Below, in pieces: positions 58,258 through 64,000 of a DNA stretch of 64,000 nucleotides. Location of the stretch: the NCBI GenBank assembly GCA_002380805.1, contig DFWH01000014.1:9646-73645 (forward strand), written 5' to 3'. The translations under genes and the position numbers were made by a program. This DNA comes from Clostridiales bacterium UBA4139 (lineage in GTDB: Bacteria; Bacillota; Clostridia; Lachnospirales; Anaerotignaceae). Under the pieces are notes generated by a model. It had not been told where the DNA came from and did no database searches. It was given only the letters and a program-made list of their open reading frames with translations. Each line of letters opens with the position of its first letter. Position 1 is the first letter of the stretch.

Positions 58258-59526
58258 ATGGGTATGGAAAAGTTTGTAATTCATCACACAGATTCGCTTC
58301 AGGGAACGGTGCGGATTAGCGGGGCAAAAAATGCAGCATTACCAATTTTGGCTGCTTGTTTGCTAACGCAAGAGCCTTGTCATATTGAAAATGTTCCACC
58401 TCTTACTGATGTGATGTATATGCTAGAGATGCTGAAAGGCTTTGGAGCAGAAGTATCCTACGACAAGGAAAAAGAAGTAATTTTTATTCATGCAAAAGAA
58501 TTAACATCATTAGAAAGCTACTATGAGCAAGCGGGTAAAATGAGAGCCTCATTTCTGGTGGCAGGTCCCTTGCTATCTCGCTATGGTGAAGTTAAATTGC
58601 CTCTTCCTGGCGGATGTCAGATTGGAAGCAGGCCGGTTGATCTGCATTTAAAGGGATTTCATTGTATGGGTGCAAAAAGCAAACAGGAATATGGCGTTAT
58701 TGATTTAACGGCAAAGAAACTAAAGGGAGCCAATATTTACTTGGACTTTCCTAGCGTTGGGGCCACTGAAAACATCATGATGGCCGCAGTTTTGGCCAAG
58801 GGGCAGACAGTGATAGAGAATGCGGCAGCAGAGCCTGAAATTATTGATCTGGCAGATTTTTTGCGAGAGTTGGGGGCAGACATAAAAGGGGATGGAACCG
58901 ATACTGTTGAAATTACAGGGGTTAAAGAGTTAAAGGGAACAACCCACAGTGTGATTCCTGATCGTATTGAGGCAGGGACTTTTATGGTAGGTGCGGCAAT
59001 TACTGGCGGAGATATTGTGTTGGAAAATGTTCGAGAAGAGCATTTGAAACCTGTAATTGCAAAGTTAGCTGAATGTAATGTAAAAATTGAGGCCATTCCC
59101 CAAGGACTTCATGTTTATCGTAAGGGGAAGCTTCAGCCCTTGCAATTAAAAACCATGCCATTTCCTGGATTTCCAACTGATATGCAAGCGCAATTTATGA
59201 GCTTAATGACAATCGCCAGAGGTACAAGTGTCATTACAGAAACTGTTTTTGAAAATCGTTTTATCCATGCTGGGGAGCTTCAACGAATGGGCGCAGATAT
59301 CCGAATTGATAGCCGAAATGCTGTTATTGAAGGTGTTGAAGAATTGACTGGTAGTAAGGTTAGAGCAACTGACTTACGGGCGGGTGCTGCATTAATCCTT
59401 TCCGCTTTAGCGGCCAAAGGTGAGACGGAAATAGGAGACATTCATCACATAGAACGAGGATATTATAAAATAGATGAAAAGTTGAGAGCCCTAGGGGCAG
59501 ACATTCAACGCAAAGAAGAAAATTAA
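58258..59526 (+). CDS. murA: UDP-N-acetylglucosamine 1-carboxyvinyltransferase
   Basis: GAKNAALP, LPGGCQIGSRP (catalytic Cys), FPTDMQAQ, TDLRAGA (alt. start 58264). Confidence 0.97.
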   Translation: MGMEKFVIHHTDSLQGTVRISGAKNAALPILAACLLTQEPCHIENVPPLTDVMYMLEMLKGFGAEVSYDKEKEVIFIHAKELTSLESYYEQAGKMRASFLVAGPLLSRYGEVKLPLPGGCQIGSRPVDLHLKGFHCMGAKSKQEYGVIDLTAKKLKGANIYLDFPSVGATENIMMAAVLAKGQTVIENAAAEPEIIDLADFLRELGADIKGDGTDTVEITGVKELKGTTHSVIPDRIEAGTFMVGAAITGGDIVLENVREEHLKPVIAKLAECNVKIEAIPQGLHVYRKGKLQPLQLKTMPFPGFPTDMQAQFMSLMTIARGTSVITETVFENRFIHAGELQRMGADIRIDSRNAVIEGVEELTGSKVRATDLRAGAALILSALAAKGETEIGDIHHIERGYYKIDEKLRALGADIQRKEEN

Positions 59527-59558
59527 GGAATTATAGCGAATTTTTAAGAATTATGACG

Positions 59559-59602
59559 TTGACCGAGGATTGTTAGGGTGCTATACTGTTAGCAACCTAA
59601 CA
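59559..59602 (+). promoter_or_regulatory. SigA promoter overlapped by a palindromic operator upstream of marR-ftsH
   Basis: TTGACC-N17-TATACT (59559-59587); TGTTAG-caac-CTAACA (59587-59602) and an imperfect copy at 59571-59586. Confidence 0.75.
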
Positions 59603-59622
59603 ATCGGGGGTGAAAACAAAAA

Positions 59623-60057
59623 ATGGATTATAAATTAAAGTTCTGTGTCGAACTAAAATCAGTTGTTAATTTAATTTGTCGAGAGATGGCACAACAACCT
59701 GCCTGCAACGGGGAAGATACTTTGTCCTCTATGCAAGTATGGGTAATTGAGTATCTTTATGAAAATCAGCATAGGGATATTTTTCAGAGGGATTTAGAAG
59801 CGGATTTTAACGTGAGAAGATCCACAGTTTCAGGGATTCTGCAAAATTTAGAAAAAAAAGGTTTGATTATCAGAGAGAGTGTAAATCAGGATGCCAGGTT
59901 AAAAAAGATTAGCCTTACCAAAGATGCTATTTTGGTTCATAAGGATATGCTGCAAAAAGTAGCAATAATGGAAGAGAAAATGACAGAAAATATTTCTGAG
60001 GAGGAATGGATTGCATTTTATAAGGTCTTAGACAAGATTAAGAAAAATCTGAAGTAA
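59623..60057 (+). CDS. MarR family transcriptional regulator
   Basis: QRDLE, RRSTVSGILQNLEKKGLIIR, DARLKKISLT. Confidence 0.92.
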   Translation: MDYKLKFCVELKSVVNLICREMAQQPACNGEDTLSSMQVWVIEYLYENQHRDIFQRDLEADFNVRRSTVSGILQNLEKKGLIIRESVNQDARLKKISLTKDAILVHKDMLQKVAIMEEKMTENISEEEWIAFYKVLDKIKKNLK

Positions 60058-60122
60058 TGATCTAAGACAGGAATTTAGACAGCAATACATATGATTGGGG
60101 AAAGCAGAAAGAGAGGAAATTT

Positions 60123-61991
60123 ATGGAAGGTAAAAAAAAGCCGTTTATTTATTACTGGCTAATGGTTTTGCTATTGATGGGGATTTTTAATATTTTTTTC
60201 TTGCCACTGTTTACAAAAGATTCGGTGGAAAAAGTCTCGTATGATGTTTTTTTAGGTGAATTAAAGAGCGAGAATATAAGTGAAGTTCAGGTTAATGAAG
60301 ATGACATTTACTTTGTTTTAAGAGGTACCACTGACGGAGAAACAGAGGTTGCTCCAGAAAAGGTGTATATCACAGGCCGTATGGATGACAGTATGCTGGT
60401 TGATCGCTTGGATAAAGCGGGGGTAAAGTTTAATGAGGTAAAACCAAAAGAAATTTCACCTTGGGTGAGTACTTTTATTATGCTGATTGTTTTTAGCTTA
60501 TTCTGGCGTTTTGTTATGAGCAAGATGATGGGTAAAATGGGCGGTGGCATGGGTGGTAATGCTATGTCTTTTGGCAAATCTAATGCTAAGGTATACGTCA
60601 AGGCCCAAACAGGCAAGACCTTTGTTGACGTAGCGGGACAAGATGAAGCCAAGGAAGCCTTGGGAGAAATTGTGGACTTTTTGCATAACCCTGTAAAATA
60701 TACGGAGGTAGGGGCAAAGATGCCCAAGGGCGCCCTTTTGGTAGGCCCTCCAGGAACAGGTAAAACCCTTTTGGCACAGGCTGTTGCTGGCGAAGCAAGC
60801 GTACCGTTTTTCTCTATTTCTGGTTCTGAATTTGTAGAAATGTTTGTTGGTATGGGTGCTGCAAAGGTGAGAGATTTGTTTAAGCAAGCCAATGAAAAGG
60901 CTCCTTGTATCGTTTTTATTGATGAAATTGATACCATCGGTAAGAAAAGAGATGGCGGTGGCATGAGTGGTAACGATGAAAGGGAGCAAACGCTGAATCA
61001 GCTTTTGACAGAAATGGATGGGTTTGATGGACAAAAGGGTGTTGTTATTTTAGCGGCAACAAATAGGCCTGAAACTTTGGATAAGGCGTTACTCCGTCCT
61101 GGTCGTTTTGATAGACGTATTCCAGTGGAGCTGCCAGATATGAAGGGTAGAGAATCTATATTAAAGGTTCATGCCACTAAGATTAAGATGGAAGATAACA
61201 TCGACTTTGGCCCAATTGCAAGAGCTACATCAGGTGCGTCTGGTGCTGAGCTTGCAAATATTATAAATGAAGGTGCATTGCGTGCCGTAAGAATGGGCCG
61301 TTCTTTGGTAAGTCAGAATGATTTAGAGGAAAGTGTTGAGGTTATTTTGGCGGGTTATCAGAGAAAAGGAACCGTTGTTTCCAAGCATGAGAAAGAGATT
61401 ATTGCTTATCATGAGGTTGGTCATGCCCTGGTAGCCGCAATGCAAAAAAATTGTGCGCCTGTTCATAAAATTACCATTATTCCCAGAACTTCTGGTGCCC
61501 TTGGTTATACCATGCAGGTAGATGAGGCAGAATACTTCTTGATGGATCGAGAAAAAGCATTTAATAAAATTGTGACGCTCACAGGTGGCCGTGTTGCCGA
61601 GGAAGTTCAGTTTAATTCTATTACCACAGGAGCCTCCAACGATATTGAGCAAGCGACCAGAATGGCACGGGCCATGATTACTAGATATGGTATGAGTGAG
61701 GAGTTTGGTATGGTTGCCTTAGAAACAGTAAGCAATCAATATCTGGGTGGAGATGCAACCTTGGCTTGCTCCCATGAAACAGCTGCAAAAATTGATGTGG
61801 CGGTTATCCAAATGATAAAGGAGGCCCATGATACAGCTTTACGCATTATCTCTGAAAACAGGGAGAAAATGGACGAAATTGCTGCATATTTACTGGAGAA
61901 AGAAACCATTACTGGAGATGAATTCATGAAAATTTTAAACGGTAATAAGGTTGAAAAAGTTGTGGAAGAAGAACGTGAAGCGGAAGCTTAA
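60123..61991 (+). CDS. ftsH: ATP-dependent zinc metalloprotease
   Basis: Two TM helices, GPPGTGKT, ALLRPGRFDR, HEVGH. Confidence 0.97.
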   Translation: MEGKKKPFIYYWLMVLLLMGIFNIFFLPLFTKDSVEKVSYDVFLGELKSENISEVQVNEDDIYFVLRGTTDGETEVAPEKVYITGRMDDSMLVDRLDKAGVKFNEVKPKEISPWVSTFIMLIVFSLFWRFVMSKMMGKMGGGMGGNAMSFGKSNAKVYVKAQTGKTFVDVAGQDEAKEALGEIVDFLHNPVKYTEVGAKMPKGALLVGPPGTGKTLLAQAVAGEASVPFFSISGSEFVEMFVGMGAAKVRDLFKQANEKAPCIVFIDEIDTIGKKRDGGGMSGNDEREQTLNQLLTEMDGFDGQKGVVILAATNRPETLDKALLRPGRFDRRIPVELPDMKGRESILKVHATKIKMEDNIDFGPIARATSGASGAELANIINEGALRAVRMGRSLVSQNDLEESVEVILAGYQRKGTVVSKHEKEIIAYHEVGHALVAAMQKNCAPVHKITIIPRTSGALGYTMQVDEAEYFLMDREKAFNKIVTLTGGRVAEEVQFNSITTGASNDIEQATRMARAMITRYGMSEEFGMVALETVSNQYLGGDATLACSHETAAKIDVAVIQMIKEAHDTALRIISENREKMDEIAAYLLEKETITGDEFMKILNGNKVEKVVEEEREAEA

Positions 61992-61994
61992 AAT

Positions 61995-62032
61995 AAAAAA
62001 CGGCAGTTGGAATTTTCCAACTGCCGTTTTTT
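61995..62032. terminator. Bidirectional terminator
   Basis: AAAAAACGGCAGTTGGAA-tt-TTCCAACTGCCGTTTTTT. Confidence 0.9.
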
Positions 62033-62047
62033 ATATCCTTATTTAAT

Positions 62048-63301
62048 TTAGTCACCGGCATCGCTTAGAAGGACGGGGTCGTTGGTATTGAAGGATACCC
62101 CCTTCCCGTCTGTTGACATGATAATATTGCCGCTACGGAATGTACCATAAACAGTTGCCCCGCAGTTGAAGTAGCGCTCCAAGACTGCTCTGTGTGGGTG
62201 GCCATAGCTGTTTTCTTTTCCGGCGGAAATAACGACATATTCTGGTTGTAGAATATCCAGAAGACCTTGGGATGATGAGGTAGCGGAACCATGGTGGCCA
62301 GCCTTTAAGACTGTTACCTTTCCGAATTTAGTAAGGGAGGTTTTTTCTGCTTCTTTTTCCATGTCTCCCGTTAATAAAAGTGAAACATCACCATAGTTCA
62401 ATTGTGCTACAACACTATTATCGTTGGCATCTTTATAACCATCTCCGGTTTCTATTACTTTAAGGTTTGCTCCATAGCCTAAGTCCAAAGTCATTTCGTC
62501 ATCAAATAATACTTTGCAATTAGGTTCATTCTGGGCTGCCTGCCAATATTCGTTGTATGTTTTGGTGTCTTTTTTTGCACCACTGTCAATGATTTTTGAT
62601 ACGGTATAGGCTTCGATTACATCATCCAGCCCGCCAATATGGTCTGCATCAGGATGTGTTGCAATTACCAGATCTAAGGGACCATCAACATAATTTTTTA
62701 TGTAGGAAACAATGGTTCTTCCATCTTTGTTATTTCCCCCATCAATAAGCACCTCAAAGTCTTGATTATCAATGAGGATGGCATCGGCTTGGTCTACATC
62801 TATAAAATGTACTTTCAGCTCGCCATCGACACTTTCGGTAATTAAAACTGCATTTTTTTTCTCATCCCACTTTACATTTGCGCCAAATGCCTCCAACACT
62901 GGGCGGATTGGGAGGTATGTTCTGCCATTTTCCAGAAGGGCGGCGGTGTCTGTTTTTTTCTGGTTTCCGTTAACTAGGATATATGATTTTCCGATTGGAA
63001 CTTTTACGGTCATATCTTGTTTTTTTAGGGTGACAGTTTGTTCCGCATCACTCCAACTGATTTCGCAACCATAGGCATCCATGGTTGCCCTTAAAGGTAC
63101 CTGCATGCGGCCCTGGGAATCGGTGAAGGGATATCCACTTTGTGAAGAAAAAGCCACTTTTTCATTGTTGATATAGATTGCTGTTGAGGATGAATAGGCA
63201 TAGACAACTGCCATAAAAAGACAACAAATTGTAAAGATACTCATAAACTTAATCAACTTGTTAGATTTCTTTTTTCTTCGTCCTTTTCGTTTTGTACTCA
63301 T
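62048..63301 (-). CDS. Stalk (copper amine oxidase N-like) domain + ComEC-type metallo-beta-lactamase-fold hydrolase
   Basis: GRMQVPLR and GRTYLPIR stalk motifs; FIDVDQAD, THPDADHIGG, AGHHGS, YGHP. Confidence 0.85.
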   Translation of the reverse strand: MSTKRKGRRKKKSNKLIKFMSIFTICCLFMAVVYAYSSSTAIYINNEKVAFSSQSGYPFTDSQGRMQVPLRATMDAYGCEISWSDAEQTVTLKKQDMTVKVPIGKSYILVNGNQKKTDTAALLENGRTYLPIRPVLEAFGANVKWDEKKNAVLITESVDGELKVHFIDVDQADAILIDNQDFEVLIDGGNNKDGRTIVSYIKNYVDGPLDLVIATHPDADHIGGLDDVIEAYTVSKIIDSGAKKDTKTYNEYWQAAQNEPNCKVLFDDEMTLDLGYGANLKVIETGDGYKDANDNSVVAQLNYGDVSLLLTGDMEKEAEKTSLTKFGKVTVLKAGHHGSATSSSQGLLDILQPEYVVISAGKENSYGHPHRAVLERYFNCGATVYGTFRSGNIIMSTDGKGVSFNTNDPVLLSDAGD

Positions 63302-63320
63302 TTTTCTCCTCCAAACCTTT

Positions 63321-64000
63321 TTAATTGGATATTTCTTTTTTTAAATAATAAGCAACTTTATAATAGGGAACGTCATAGCCCATATCAGCCAGACGATGGG
63401 AGATTTTTCTGGGACCATCGCCATCTTTGTGGCGTTCAAAGATAAAATCTGCAACATCCTCGGTTATTTTATTTGTAGGGTGTAACGCGTCATTTTTTTC
63501 CATTTCCAATTTTTCAGAAACATCAAAAGGTATGTGCTCTAGCCCAACGATAGTTGTAATGTCTGTTTTCTCTCCAATATCCTCAATCAAGGGGGAAGAG
63601 GCGTCAATGCTATAATTGATTACATCCCGCATTTGACGGATATTTCTTGGATAGACGGCATTTAAAAGAGCATGTTTGGCTTGAGGTGTAAATTCAACAT
63701 GGTATTGAATTCTTCTTGCTTCCCATACCGCATTTTCATACTTATGAACAAAATGTAGAAAAAGCTGCTCTTTTTCCCTGAGAGAACGTTCTTGCAATGA
63801 GGGGAGATACATTTCATATTGACCAAGTCGTTGATAAAGCTCTGGTAAAAACACGTCATGAAGATTTTTTGTTGAGGCAGCGATTACAATGACGTTAATA
63901 TCGATTTCTTTGGTATCGCCAATACGACGGATTTTGCCGGATTCGATGGCCTTTAAAAGTAGGCTCTGGTAGTTTTCTATGGTGTGGGCTTCATCTAAGA
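63321..64000 (-). CDS. Sigma-54-interaction-type AAA+ transcriptional regulator, 5' part outside the window
   Basis: Frame is open to the window edge: LDEAH (Walker B)..LLKAIESGKIRRIG..VIVIAAST..YPRNIRQM; C-terminal HTH-like segment. Confidence 0.8.
   Translation of the reverse strand, partial: LDEAHTIENYQSLLLKAIESGKIRRIGDTKEIDINVIVIAASTKNLHDVFLPELYQRLGQYEMYLPSLQERSLREKEQLFLHFVHKYENAVWEARRIQYHVEFTPQAKHALLNAVYPRNIRQMRDVINYSIDASSPLIEDIGEKTDITTIVGLEHIPFDVSEKLEMEKNDALHPTNKITEDVADFIFERHKDGDGPRKISHRLADMGYDVPYYKVAYYLKKEISN

Noticed and set aside
50911..63301. A competence locus suggested by ComFB and ComEC-like domains
   Set aside because: The genes are about 10 kb apart, with no comFA/comFC/comEA/comG genes and no ComEC channel domain
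1..64000. CRISPR array, prophage, IS element, rRNA, defence system
   Set aside because: No regularly spaced repeats and no transposase, phage, cas or rRNA signatures seen

Overview
AT-rich Firmicute (Clostridia-like, inferred from gene content and protein style) chromosomal window dominated by motility genes. Left: minus-strand cheA-cheW-cheR-cheB then flgM-flgN-flgK-flgL (partial), with a divergent four-gene operon (FliK-like/YlqG-like, stand-alone FlhB C-domain, PilZ protein, 1732-aa SLH/FN3-repeat surface protein) ending at tRNA-Arg(CCG). Middle: a galactose locus (YesN/YesM-type two-component system with two sugar-binding-fold proteins, mglBAC, galK-galE-galT-galM) interrupted by a yjdF riboswitch+gene and a SAM methyltransferase. 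Right: a long flagellar operon starting at fliK (flgD, flgE, flbD, motAB, fliM, fliY, cheY, fliOPQR, flhBA, fliA, two rod genes, cheC, cheD, cheV; no fliL, flhF or flhG), an orphan ParA + ComFB-domain pair, fliD-fliS-FlgN/FliT-like, an FtsE-like ATPase coupled to a C39 peptidase, tRNA-Gly(CCC), murA, marR-ftsH, a stalk-domain MBL nuclease and a partial AAA+ regulator. No CRISPR array, prophage, integrase or IS element was seen. The best candidates for undescribed systems are the ParA/ComFB pair, the FliK-like/FlhB_C/PilZ/SLH operon, a variant sigma-28 promoter motif, and the FtsX-less FtsE-C39 pair. All calls are from reading the sequence; no database searches were run.
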